Positions 13,230 through 25,932 of a stretch of DNA of 64,000 nucleotides are shown here, piece after piece. The number at the start of each line of letters is the position of its first letter. The stretch's first letter is position 1. The notes below the pieces were generated by a model, which saw only the letters and a list, made by a program, of their open reading frames with translations, did not search any database and was not told the origin of the DNA. The stretch is taken from assembly GCF_902713615.1 (NCBI RefSeq), contig NC_052172.1, positions 19,501,327 to 19,565,326 on the forward strand. Reading direction: 5' to 3'. Made by a program: the position numbers and the translations under genes. Origin of the DNA: Scyliorhinus canicula. Lineage: Eukaryota.

Positions 13230-13710
13230 CTGCCAGACTATCATAACAGTCGATTTCGGTGCTTTCAATTAGTCTTTTCTGCTCCTCTGTGAGTCTGATG
13301 TGCGTTTTGCTCAATGCATTCACCTCTGCTCCCGAAGCCTCGCTGGATCGGATCCCTTTGAGCTGCAGCAGAGCCCGGTGATATTTCCCAATCGCCTCCC
13401 GGAATTTCTTCTCCTTGTAGAACTGGTTGCCCTCCGCCTTGAAGCTCACCGCCCTCTGGATCTTGTGGGCGCTCTCGCCCTCGCCGTCTCTGTGCTGGGC
13501 TGCAGGGTTCCTCAGCTCAGCCGCTGCTGCCCACAGGGGCTCCCGGCTGCCCGCTGCCCCCTGCCCCGCTGCCCTGGCCAGACCCCCTCCCAGGCTCAGG
13601 CTCTGCGTCTTCAGCGGGTGCTTGGCTTCCATTTCCCCTACAGGAAGCCCATTCTTCACCAGATCCGAAACCTGTCGCCTCGTGATGGTCTGCAGCAGTC
13701 TGCTGTGCAT
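13230..13710 (-). CDS. TTC9B: Tetratricopeptide repeat protein 9B, coding exon 1 (remaining exons probably left of the window)
   Basis: AVSFKAEGNQFYKEKKFREAIGKYHRALLQLK and LTEEQKRLIESTEIDCYDSL match TTC9B; ATG at 13710 (the ORF track starts at an upstream TTG); phase-1 donor G|GTAAGT at 13229. Confidence 0.93.
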
Positions 13711-13805
13711 CAATGAGGGCGGCTGTTCTGCTCTGACTTTAACCCCAGTTCACTGCTGAAGCTTCCCTGCAAACGCCCCAGATCCCCTGGCCTGGATCTC
13801 TGTCC

Positions 13806-13826
13806 TTCAGCACCCTGGACAGCGCC
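13806..13826 (+). promoter_or_regulatory. RE1/NRSE (REST-binding) element in the TTC9B 5' region
   Basis: TTCAGCACCCTGGACAGCGCC versus consensus TTCAGCACCACGGACAGCGCC; both half-sites perfect, only the 2-nt spacer differs. Confidence 0.88.
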
Positions 13827-16800
13827 CAGCTCACAGCAGCTGCACCCGCTTCTACTGCGGCAGCGCCCGTTTCTGACCATTAACCCCTTCAGCTCCTTGC
13901 ATTTAACCCCGAATTCCCCAAAACAACCCCCCCCAACCCAGGAACATACAATCCAGGCTGGCACCAATTTGCAACTAGGTGTCCCAGGTTACAGGTAACC
14001 TGCTGCAAGGTACCCACAACTTTTTTTTGCCAGGTTACCTCTGCAATACATTCAGCTGAGCTTCAGAGCTGTGTTTTGTCACGGTTAAGCCGGGCCTCCT
14101 CTACACACCCCCCCCAAAACCCGGGCCTCCTCTGCCCCCCCCCCCCCATCCCATTTTGGGATTTATTTCCAGTTGATTTTCCCAAGGGTCTGGATGCAAT
14201 TTGAAGGGTGTTGGGTTTGACAAGTTGCGAGGCTACATACAGCTCGCTGGTCACCCAATTGGGCTGATACAATGACATGTACCAGTTACAATTCCCCTCC
14301 CCCCCCATGTGGGCTAGGTGGGGTTAAGGGGATAGGGCGGGGGAGTGGGTCTAGGTAGGGTGCCCTTTCAGAGGGTCAGTGCAGACTCGATGGGCCAAAT
14401 GGCCTGTGGTATTGGGATCAGGCTGACAATATCCATTGGCGGAGAACAGAAACTGCCAAATGAGGACTTGCCTAGAATCGATAATGGCGTCTCCAACAGC
14501 ACTCCTCAACACATAAACTCATTATCATCGCTATATGGACTTTGATTACTCTCTCACATTTACACAATTAAGCTGTGAATATGTAATAAATTTCCAGACA
14601 CAAGTGATCAACTTTGTAGCAGGACAAACAAAATAGGCCATAATGGGCTAATAGTTGGCCAGACAAGAGTGCTTCAGAGGACAATGGATCATAATTGAAT
14701 CACCCTGGCTGAGCAGGAGTATCCTGTTTATTCCCATTAATGAATTTAATTCTGGATGGGACAATAGAACTCAGGCCAGGTGTGGGTGTATACCCATGAC
14801 AGTCCTAGCAGAACTGATATAAAAGAAGGAACATTGGAACAGACCTTGAGCAAAATTTGGCAACCTCCCCCCGGGCACAAACACAAGAAGGAGGTATCCT
14901 GTGTTCTGGGCCCAGAGTAAATATCCATATCGGATGATCATAGCCTTGCGAGCCTCCTTCACTACGTGCGGGTAATACCTAGAGCTCAGCTGCGAGTCTG
15001 AATCATATTTTGTGTGAGAAAATTGTGAATAAAATTGGGTTAAACCATGAACCTTGCATTTGTCCTCTGTTCAAGAGCACCTGGGTGGAACATTTTGGTA
15101 ATAAACTGGTTGAAGTGTGTGATAATTTACAGACAACAGTCCTCCTCCTGCACTGTACAAATTCTTGGGTTCTATGGCTCTTCTCCTTGTCCCCCAGCTC
15201 TCTCTTCAGTGAGTAGAGGAACGTGGTTCTTTACGAAACTCTGATCACCAATTTGAGGCTCAACAAAATAAAATCATGTTAATCTCCTATCACCTCATGC
15301 CATCCTGGTAATGAGAAGTAACCAATCAAAAGACCGTGGACACATTCTGATTGGTTGGGGCAGTGCTGATCAGGCATGCTGTGATGTGACTGCATCTACA
15401 GTGAAAACCATTGCAGACTGAAAGCATAGACATCATCCAATTGGAGACCTAGACTGAAATAATCTAACTGGAAGACACCCAACTAAAAAAGGGACTTTTA
15501 TCCTTGTAATATTTTTTACACCCCTCTTTCCCCTCTGTGTTTGTTTGCCGTTTGCTTGTGTAGAGAGTGGGGCGAATTAAAGAGGATGAGAGTGAATTAA
15601 ACAAGGGTGTCGGGGGTGTCGGAGTTAGAGGTTAGATTGTAGTTAACCAAATGTACTTGTTTCCTATTTCATTAGAGTTAATGTTAATAATACAAGTTAA
15701 TTGTGTTTAAATTTACAAACCTGGTGCATATAATTATCGGACAGCCAAGGGGGGCCAAACATTTTGGGTATTTTTTAAATTAAGAGTTAATTTCAATTGT
15801 GTTGCAACTGCAAATGGGGCTGGAATTGACTGCGCACTAGCCCAGGGTGTCCTAACAGTAAATACGGTTCTTGGAACAGCAATGATGCAGAATTATTCAA
15901 CAGTGGCAGGCAGCCTAATCGTTGAAGGCCTGGGATTTTCATATTTCTATACTTTTTCCATGTAATGTGGTCAGGCCTGCATTTCCCACCCATCCCTAAT
16001 TGGTTGGTGAGCCACCTTCTTGAACAACTGAAGTCCATGTGGTGTAAGAACACCCACAGTGCTGTTAGGGAGTTTCACGATTTCGACCCAGCGACAGTGA
16101 AGTACTGATGTTCATTCAGAATGGTCGAACTTGAATAATTATACACTCACTATTACTATGCTGTTTTACTGTTATCTTGTTTTAATGGTATCTGTGATTG
16201 CATTCATTTTCAAGTGTTAAAATTGGGTTATATAGGAAAGTGCTGTATCAAAGTTCTGGTATAATAGAACGCACAGCATTTTAAGAGTTTCTTCAATAAC
16301 ACAGAGGAGGCGGTGTGGTGGTGTTTGCACTTGACTAGCAATCCAGAGTCCCGTGGTTCAAATCCCACCATGGCAGATGGGGAAATCTGAAACCATTTTG
16401 TCCTAAAAACCTACTTTGGTCACAACTGCCTTTAAAGGAAGGAAATCTGCCGTCCTTACCTGGTCTGGCCTACATGTGACTCCAGACCCACAGCAACCTG
16501 CCCCAGCAATCTACTAAGGTCAAGGTTAATTAGGTATGAGCACTAAATGCTGGCCCAACCGGTGGTGCCCGCATCCCATGAAGAAAAGAAGAAATTGAAG
16601 AACGTGCTCCCAATACCGCCACCTTCTCAAGGGAAACTTGGGAATGGGCAATAAATGGCAGCTTTGCCCAGATTCCAAAATTGATTTTAAAACCATTTAA
16701 TTCAAATGATTCATCAGCAAGAAGATAAATTGCAGAGTAAATTTGCCAAAATAGTGGGGGATGAAACTATTTTGACATGTCTATTGACCAATCAATGAGA

Positions 16801-17234
16801 ATACTTCCAATTATAGCTACTTTCAACTAGCCTGATGCCATTAGGGCATTTAATTACAAATCAAAACCTGTTATGTTAGGACTCTTACTTATTGGTAAGG
16901 CATTATCTCTAAATGTGGCATCCTTCCTTCAAAGATGATACAAATAATGTGTACGACCCAGGCCATTTGGCCCATTGAGACCATGCAAACCCCCGGAAGA
17001 GAAATCCATCTAGTCCCATTCCCCTTCCCCATAGCCCTGCAAATATTTTCCCTTCAAGTTCTTGCCCGAATATTTTAAAAATCCATAATTGAATCTGGCT
17101 TTGCCAAACTCTCGGGGATCACAGTCCAGATCTTCACCACACGTGGGAACACAAAGATTTCTCCCACATGTCACTTTGCTTCTGTTGCCAATCACTTTAA
17201 AATTTGTGTCCTCTGGTTCTTGGCATTTAGTTAT

Positions 17235-17545
17235 AAATCCCTACAGTGCAGAAGGAGGCCGAATGGCCCATCGAGCCTGCACTGGCCTTTGGAAAGAGCA
17301 CCCTACTTAAACCCACAACACCACCTTATCTCCACCAAACCTTCTGGGGCACTTAGAAGCAATTTATCATGGCCAATCCACCTAACCTGCACATCTATGG
17401 ATTGTGGGACGAAACCGGAGCGCCCAGAGAAAACCCACGCAGACACAGGGAGAAAGTAAGTGCAAACTCCAGTCACCTAAGGCCGGCTTGAACCCGGGGC
17501 CCTGGAGCTGCGAGGCAGTAGTGCTAACCAATGTGCCAACCCTTC
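17235..17545 (-). mobile_element. HE1-type V-SINE inserted in a CR1 relic (~16960-17890)
   Basis: Head, V-domain and tail; flanks resemble a reverse-strand CR1 3' end. Confidence 0.85.
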
Positions 17546-19368
17546 CACCAGTGGGATCAGTTACTCTCTTATCTACTTCATTTGGACCCCTCATGGTTTT
17601 GAACACTGCTCACCAAATTCCTCGTCATCTCCACTGCTCGAAGGAGAGAAACCCCAGTTTCTCCAACCTATCCAGGTAACTGAAGTTCTTCATCCTTGCA
17701 AATCTTTTACCCACCCTTTCCAAGGCTGTAACATCCTTGCTAACATGAATTGGACACATCACTCCAGTTGAGGCTTAATAACCTCCTGGCTTTTGAACTC
17801 TATGCCACTATTGATTAAGCCCAAGGATCTCAAATGCCTTTTTGACTGCTTCCCCAACCTGCCCTGACGCTTTCAATGATTTGTGCAGCAATGATAAGCA
17901 TCAAAGAATGTACAACTCAAAATGCTGGCTGGAGAAGGCTGCCAGAATCTGATGAGCTTTCAATAGAAAAATGAAAAGAGAGATCATGATCTAAAAACCT
18001 GAAACACAACATGGACCAGGTCAGCTATAAACTATGATTACAAATTATTTGCCCGAGTGAGAATCCTTGTTTGTTTGAAAGTGAGTATTACTCACAGGTC
18101 TTTGTGATATTGTTACACCTGACTTCCTGTGCCATTGATTACAGGGTTTAAGGAGGGAGAAATTGGAGGTCATGTAGACATAATTCAAGCTCATTTTAAA
18201 CCTACATTCTGTGTGTCTCGAGTCCCGTTATATAAATTTCAATGGTGACATTGGAGGTAAACTGCACACCATTCTGGCAGTATTAGCACCGCAGCATCTC
18301 TGCTGGATTAGGACTGGGGCCGATGGATGAATTTAGATGGGCAGTTTCCATAATATGGAATCAAGAATTTACAGACACCAGATTCGAAACTATAGTATGC
18401 ACTCATCGTATGACCAGTGGATGATTCCTCAATGCCGCATTGGTACACGAGTGTGGTCTTCACAGTACATGTAAAACGTGCTGGTGAATCGAACAGGTTT
18501 TAATTATTTAGGTTTTAACTGAAAAGTTTTTCCTTAACATTGATATTTCCAATATTATCCAAATGGAGTTTTTAGAAACTTCCAAATCCCTTTGGAAATC
18601 CACGATTGAGTCTGCTTGCTCCACATTCTCAGGCAGTGAATCCGAGATCTGATAACCACTCATGATGTAGAATTTTGTTTGGGTGGATCACACAATGGCC
18701 TAGAGTGTGGTCAGGTTACCTACTTTCCCCAACTTCCTCAGCAGACAGCGGAGAGGGGAATTCGATTAAATGTAGAATTCCCAAGCAGAATAAAACTGCT
18801 GCATCCTCCTGATCATTTACTCACAAATAGCAAATATACTTTTTTAGCCAGTTGATAACAAAAGTGGCAACTATATATAAATAAATCTCAACAGCCCATC
18901 CCCCTTTGCTGGTATAGTCTGTTTAGCAGCAATGTTTAGCAATCAATCTGTGCCATCTCGAAAGCTGACGGGAGCACCCGGAGGAAACCCACGCAGTCAT
19001 GGGGAGGAAGTGCAAACTGCACAGTCACCCAAGGGCGGAATTGAACCTGGGATCCTGGAGCTGATTAGGTGATCCCTGTGGCAATGATGTTCAGTTATTT
19101 TCAAAAGGAAATTATGTTCTTCAATGTGAGGATCGTAATGAGGTATGGCTGTCCAAACAGGAAAGTTAAACGCAGCCCGGTCTCAATAAGGAAATATTTG
19201 AATTGTTTCTGTGTGTCCCCTGGGTAATGTTGAGTCTGGAATGAAGGTGAGCAATCTGCTCCCAGGCCACCAATCCCACACACCGTCCCGCTGGGAATAC
19301 AATCGTCGGATGGAGGCCCGTTCTTCTCCACCACGTGGAGACACATTAGCCTCAAATTGACACCTTCA

Positions 19369-19972
19369 TTAGAATTTACAGTGAAGAAGGAGGCCATTCA
19401 GCCCATCGTCTGTACCGGCCTTAGAAAGCGCACCCACCTTAAGCCCACGTCTCCGACCTATCCCCGTAACCCCACCTAACCTTTTGGACACTAAGGGGCA
19501 ATTTAGCATGGCCAATCCACCTAATATGCACATCTGTGGACTTTAGGAGGAAACCGGAGCACCCGGAGGAAACCCACGCAGTCATGGGGAGGAAGTGCAA
19601 ACTGCACACAGTCACCCAAGGGCGGAATTGAACCTGGGACCCCAGAGCTGTGCTAACCACTGTGCTGCCCTATGTCCCATCAGTGCAGATGTAGGAGATA
19701 CTGACCTGGTATTCCCTCACATTGATTTAATAGAATTCCTTCAGTGCAGGCGGCCATTCGGCCCATCAAGTCTGCACCAACCCTCTAAAAGAGCACCCTG
19801 ACCTAAGACCACTCACCCACCCCTATGATCCCACCTAACCTGCACAGCTTTGGACTGTGGGAGGAAACCCACGCAGATATTGGGACAAGGTGCAAACTCC
19901 AAACAGACAGTCACCAAAGGCCGGAATTGAACCCGGGTCCCTGGCACTGAGGCAGCCGTGCTAACCACCGTG
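19369..19972 (-). mobile_element. Two adjacent HE1-type V-SINEs (19369-19670 and 19730-19972)
   Basis: Head, V-domain and tail in each. Confidence 0.87.
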
Positions 19973-20138
19973 ATTGTTCCCTATTCTGGGCCAGTGATGG
20001 ACTCATTAATCAATGGATGCTGGCAATCTATCCGAGGAACTGACCGTTCAGAATCACTTTGCCTAACAGCAAAGGAGGTAAACAGAGATGCAGCAAAACC
20101 ATTTACATTACCCCATCTTGAGTTATAGGGTTTTATAT

Positions 20139-20455
20139 GGGGCAGCACAAGTAGATAGCACTGTTGCTTCACAGCGCCAGGGTGCAGGTTTGATTCCCCA
20201 CTGGGTCACTGTCTGTGCGGAGTCTGCACGTTCTTGCCTTGTCCGTGTGAGTTTCCTCCGGGTGCTCCGGTTTCCTCCCACAGTCCAAAGATGTGCAGGT
20301 TAGGTGGATTGGCCATGATAAATTGCCCTTTGTGTCCAAAAAAAAAAAGGTTAGGAGGGGTTATTGGGTTACGGGGATAGGGTGGACATAAGGGATTAAG
20401 TGGGTCAGTGCAGACGCGATGGGCCCAATGGCCTCCTTCTGCACTGTATGTTCTA
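20139..20455 (+). mobile_element. HE1-type V-SINE
   Basis: Head, V-domain and tail. Confidence 0.9.
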
Positions 20456-22009
20456 TATCTGCCAGCATTCCACAATGTCAACAGCACCACAAAAATAACA
20501 CTGAGGGGAGGGAAGGGAGAAAAAGAACAGTTACACAATGCATGGCCGCTTCTTGATGTACAATTTAAATCCATTTAGTCTGGCTTAAATGGGAGAGAGT
20601 TATAATTCAGAGTCATTAGATTCTAATTAAGGAAACCACCATTTTATATTGGGTGCAGACCACACCTATCCTTTCCTACTTAAACACAGTCTTCCTTTCA
20701 CTCACAATAATTTGAACTGGACAAGGTTTAACTTGTGACCAATAGGCCTATCCAAATGAAAATATTGTAAATGGTGGTCAAAGTTAGTTTAGATACTCTC
20801 TTATGGAACCCAGGGCCTATATGGAAGCTCAAATTTCTCTCTCCTGCCAGTTTTGCAAATTTCTTCCCCCTTTAACATATAAGGATGTCACACCACTTCT
20901 TGGAATACAACAATGTGCACCAGAGATCACGCAAATCAAGGCCATCGTCTCCATCTCGCATTTCAATGAAGAATTGCACCTGCACCCAAATGGAATATGG
21001 TGGCCGTTTTGTCCAGTTGGCCAGCGTGTGGTGCCGAATAATGCCAACAGGGCAGGTTTTGGTTCCCGTTCTGTCTGAGGTAGAGTTGGGATGTGCCTTC
21101 CAGGGTTTGCCCCTGGGAGTGGAAGGCTGTGACAAACCACCACTGACCAAAAAAAACCAGCCAAGAAAACTGCTCAGGATGAAGCATCAGCAGACACGGA
21201 GCCAAGGACTTTCCTTTGGGCGCAGCACACGTTACAAGTGTATTGTGTCTCGGGTTCACCAACCTGGCTTTACTGGAGTCTGTTACTATTTTATTAGCAC
21301 AACTGGCCTCTCGCACATTGTTGTATTTGGAACTCCTACAACTTTCCTTTCAGTGGAGATGAGCTGAGTTGACTCCTTGCTCCAGTAAGAATTTCCTGTC
21401 TAAAACCCTTGGCTCACCTGACGTTCCAGCGACGAGCAGTCGACGCCACCCCATTCCAGGCTAATTCAACCCCGAAGGAATTAAAATTTCACACATCAGA
21501 TTTTAATTTTCACTTAAAATTAAATCATGAACAATGCAACATTACACATTCAATTAAATAAAAACCTCAATCTGTAGTTTATGGTCATCCATCTGTCAGC
21601 CAAGAGCAGACTCTCCCATACACTCAATCTTTCACTGCATTTCCTACTGATATCAAGTTTTCAAAAAGTTGGTAACAGGCTTATGCTTAAGAGAGAAAAA
21701 AAGTCAATGCTCCAAAGCTCCTCTTTGCCAAAGAGTTTGCCAATTTACGTAGCTGCATGTTTAAGCAAAAGGGAAATTTGCAGCAAAGTTGGTGGTCTTT
21801 AACTAAAATTATGTGCAATTAACAAAATGAGTAACGCTGGTGTATACAACATGTTACTGAAAACTATTTGGCATCGGTGCCCGAGCCGTTGGTTGCGCCT
21901 ACGCCTTACGCTCTGTGACTCCCTCTTCTCTTTTCCTTTAAGAGTCTCTTTAGAGTCTGCCTGTTTGACACAGCATTTTGTATCTGTTCTCAAAGCGGAT
22001 GTGACTCAC

Positions 22010-22225
22010 AGGCAGTACGGTGTCGCAGTGGTTAGCACAGCTGCCTCACAGCGCGATGACCCGGGTTCGATCGCGGCTCTGGGTCACTGTTTGTGTGGAG
22101 TTTGCACATTCTCCCCGTGGGTTTCGCCCCCACAACCCAAAAGATGTGCAGGGTAGGTGGAATGGCCACGTTAAATTGGCCCTTAATTGGAATAATTAAT
22201 TGGGTACTCTAAATTTAAGAAAACA
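22010..22225 (+). mobile_element. A-tailed short HE1 variant
   Basis: TSD aaagc(g/t)gatgtgactc. Confidence 0.88.
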
Positions 22226-22472
22226 AAAAGCTGATGTGACTCGGTGTCAACCTTTTTCTGACAACGCTCCTGTGAAGCTCAATGGGACACGTTACGATGT
22301 TACAAGTGCCGTGCGAATGAATGTTGTTCAGTGGCTTCCATATGACCGGGAACAGAGTGTTCATTTACTGGATATTTATAACAACCAAAGTTGGGTGAAA
22401 TTAGCCGACATCAAGCCTGCGTTCCTTTGGATAAAAATACCCAAGGTGCACTCAACAATAATGCAAGCCGTG

Positions 22473-22608
22473 TTGGACATTCTCCCCATGCCTGCGTGGA
22501 TTTCACCCCCACAACCCAAAGATGTGCAGGGTAGGTGGAATGGCCACTCTAAATTGCCCCTTAATCGGAAAACAAAAAATAATTGGGTATTCTAACTTTA
22601 TTTTTAAA
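22473..22608 (+). mobile_element. 5'-truncated A-tailed short HE1 variant
   Basis: 16-bp TSD aataatgcaagccgtg. Confidence 0.88.
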
Positions 22609-24130
22609 AAATAATGCAAGCCGTGGCCAATGTGACAGTGGGCAACGGGCAGCGTCAGCGAGCAAACAGCAAGGTGGCAAACTGGAGGTCAGCTGGAGAT
22701 TGAGCACAGTATAGATCGACGATGAAATGTCTGGGATCATTCCTAAATTCTTCGTTTCCAGGGTTACTACCGCACAAAGAAAAAATGTTTACTTGAGCTC
22801 TGCATAAGAAAAGAATGAGATTCTGGTCAGCTTCGGGAAGACGGACATAATAAACTCCACAAATGGTTCGGGAGCCAACCAGCAACTTAAATGGGGGAAA
22901 AGAAGTGACGAAGAAAATGATACAAATGAAGTGATAAAAGCAACTCTCTCTCACTCACACTCACACTCTATTGAAAAACCTCATCAAACCTGCCAGGATA
23001 ATTTCTCCAACAGCCAAAAAATACATAAATAGCCAATCTATGGCATTTTGGCAACTAATAGCCAAACTTAGATTACAGCGAAACCCAAATGAACATGGTG
23101 TCAAAAGTAACATCTACTTTTGATGTACCTAAACTGTATAACATGCAGAATTGGCTCAAAACGACCAACGTGAAATTATCTAAAGCTCGCTCATTTTTAC
23201 CACCGCCACTACTGGTTCACCCTATCCTGCCTGGTCAACATTCTTTGATCTTTGCTTCCATTTGCTGGAAGGTGCAGGGGCATTGAGCGACCCTGTTAGA
23301 AATTGGCCACTTCATTGGATCAACGGGTTTTTTTTTTAAAGAAAAGGGGTTTACCCAGGAGACTAGGTTGGTGGGCAAACGGGCCACCAGGCCAAACCTC
23401 CATGACTCAAATCATGGCAACGAAAGCAGAATTAAGATTATTTTGTATCTTCTAGGAATCATGGAGAACAAACTGTTGGAGGGAACTGCCCATACATACA
23501 GAGGGTTAGATTTTTAAAAACCACTCAATGCATAAAATAGTTTTGTGAAAGCAACGTGCTTGGAACAGTTTTGCCCCCATCAGTTCTTCAGTGCTGAGAT
23601 ATTCCTACACCACACAAGCCCATTATAGGCAACAGCTCCGCTGTAATCAAAGCAACTAGATGTAACCGAGTCCCCGAAGGGTTCACTGAATTAGTGACTG
23701 CAATCGGATATATTGCACCCCGCGAAATAGCAGAAAACAGCGGCCATGGCATGGTATGACAGTGGGCATCGAGGCGCGTGTCAATGCAAGGCAGTAAACT
23801 GGGGGCTAAATATCCGTACCGGATTTAGCACAACTTTAAACAAGAGGCCAACTTCAAACTCCTCGTGGAAGAACTGGAGTTCCTAATATATTGCAACAAA
23901 ATTGGTGAGCCAGTTAAAATCCTGTCCCCTGTCAACTATTGCCTCTCAATAGGATTCCTGTGTTACGTTATAACTTAATTTTAGTGGCTTTTGGCTGTAA
24001 AAGAGGTATTTGAGAATCACCCAAACCACAGTGTTTCAGTCAATGATATAAGTGGTATTTCTCCATGACTAAAGAGGCACCTTTTATACATACAAAAATA
24101 AAAGCATTGCGCGCGCCCTTGGTGAAATCT

Positions 24131-24676
24131 CTACTTCAGTTTCTTCCCCAGCCTTTCAAACACACTGACAGTTCCGGTGGAATCCATCTGAGCAAGACGG
24201 CCTTCGGTGCTGCTGGTCACTTTGGTACTGACCGGCGTCCGCGCGGTGTTCTTGATGGTCACAGTGAACTCGGGGCTGCTGCGACTTTTGGTGCTGGTGA
24301 CTTTGTTGTCCTGCGTGTCTGCCTCGGCGGCAACGGGCTTCCCCAGTCTCTGCCGGACACTGACCTTGGCTTTCGTCGCTGGCTGCAATCGGAGTGTGGG
24401 GGCTGCCATCGAGGCCTGAACGCCAACACTTGGGACAGTCCTGTTGCTGGCCTTGGGGATGGACAGCCGCCTTATCGTGGTGACCGTGTTCTTGGCTTTG
24501 GCAGCCGAGACTCGCTCCTTGATTGCCAGAGTGATCTTGGCACCCTCCTTTCCGGTTGCATTTGGGGCTCTTTTCAAGACCCCAGCATATTGGAGCACCG
24601 AACCGGCATCGTCCTCATCACTGCTCTCCTTCTTCTGATTGACAACTTCACCCAGGCGGCTGAAGACTCCTGTCGG
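24131..24676 (-). CDS. C19orf47: C19orf47 ortholog, terminal coding exon 8 (PTGVFSRLG...VLQYAGVLK...SVFERLGKKLK*)
   Basis: ctcttttag acceptor, 546 nt ending in TAG at 24133-24131; total CDS 1197 nt in frame. Confidence 0.95.
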   Translation of the reverse strand, partial: PTGVFSRLGEVVNQKKESSDEDDAGSVLQYAGVLKRAPNATGKEGAKITLAIKERVSAAKAKNTVTTIRRLSIPKASNRTVPSVGVQASMAAPTLRLQPATKAKVSVRQRLGKPVAAEADTQDNKVTSTKSRSSPEFTVTIKNTARTPVSTKVTSSTEGRLAQMDSTGTVSVFERLGKKLK

Positions 24677-25256
24677 CTAAAAGAGATGCAGAATTTCAGC
24701 AAAGATACAGCAGCTGCTTCATATCTGATCCAGCTGTCCTGACAAAACTGCGGCGCATTTTCTAATTATGAGGCGAGGGCAGAGAATTTGAAGCTCTTCA
24801 TCAGAGGAAAGAAGATTAAGAAGAGTTTTGATAGAAAGGTTCAAAATGATAAAAGGTTCAGATAAAGTAAAATAGAAAACAATATTTCAGCCCAGAGTGG
24901 CTGGAGTGTTCAAGGTTATCATAAACAGGGGGTGAAGCAAAAGGCTCAGAACTCTTTTATGCAGAGGGTTCTTTCGACGAGAAAACATGGGCGATGCAGA
25001 ATTCATCTAAAATCAGAGAATTTTAAAGCGTAGGCGACGGCAATTTACCTCAAGCTGTCCATTTATCCCACTCCACCTCCCCCAACCCCCCCCCCCCCCC
25101 CCCACCCACCCACCCCACCCTCTATCTCTCTCTCTCTCTCTCTCTCATAGCCTTGAAAATGGATAAATGTCTGAGTAATAAATATTTAAGAGGATCTGGG
25201 GAATGGGTGGGAGAATGGGTCCAAATGGTTAACTCCGTCTGCAACCTGTCACAAGC

Positions 25257-25428
25257 ATGAAAATGAAAATCGCTTTATTGTCACGAGTAGGCTTCAATGA
25301 AGTTACTGTGAAAAGCCCCTAGTCGCCACATTCCGGCGCCTGTCCGGGGAGGCTGGTACGGGAATCGAACCGTGCTGCTGGCCTGTTTTAAAAGCCAGCG
25401 ATTTAGCCCAGTGAGCTAAACCAGCCCC
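25257..25428 (-). mobile_element. tRNA-derived SINE ((TTTCA)n-tailed family)
   Basis: Near-identical to the other four copies. Confidence 0.88.
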
Positions 25429-25753
25429 ATAGCAACCATCAGCATGATGGGCTGAATGGCCTCTGTGGTGGTGTAACATTTTCTGGTGTATTTCCCAGTG
25501 AGTTCGACATGACTGCAAAATCCCAGTGAATACATTTTCAAAAATGTACCAATTCTGAGACACCACTTTTGTACAATGTGTGTTTTTTTAAATAATTTGA
25601 TCACTTTGGAAGATTTATTCTCAGGATGACACCATTCAAATGGAATTCTTTCAATTTGCCTGGGAAACAAAGGACCCACTGACATCTATATATATTCAAT
25701 ACTTGACTCTAGCTGCAACTGCTGTCAATGTTTCACTTATAATTGATAAGTCT

Positions 25754-25932
25754 AGTGGTTAGCACTGGGACTGCGGCGCTAAGGTCCCAGGTTCGATCCT
25801 GACTCTGGGTCACTGTCCGTGTGGAATTTGCACATTCTCCTCATGTCTGCATGGGTTTCATACCCACAGTCCAGAGATGTACAGTTTAGGTGGATTGGCC
25901 ATGCTAAATTGCCCCTTGATTGGAAAAAAATA
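25754..25932 (+). mobile_element. A-tailed short HE1 variant
   Basis: 15-bp TSD ataattgataagtct. Confidence 0.87.

Noticed and set aside
15300-15857. Possible LTR relic (also ~35700-36125)
   Set aside because: LTR-like composition and a ..TAACA end, but neither a 5' terminus nor a TSD could be defined, so it is not called.
20803-21367. Cluster of 90-160 aa ORFs between the two genes (CCNP/AKT2 candidate)
   Set aside because: No cyclin, kinase or other recognisable motif and no convincing splice sites; may be distal 3' UTR or a decayed repeat.
24065-24742. 225-aa plus-strand ORF
   Set aside because: Antisense shadow of C19orf47 exon 8.
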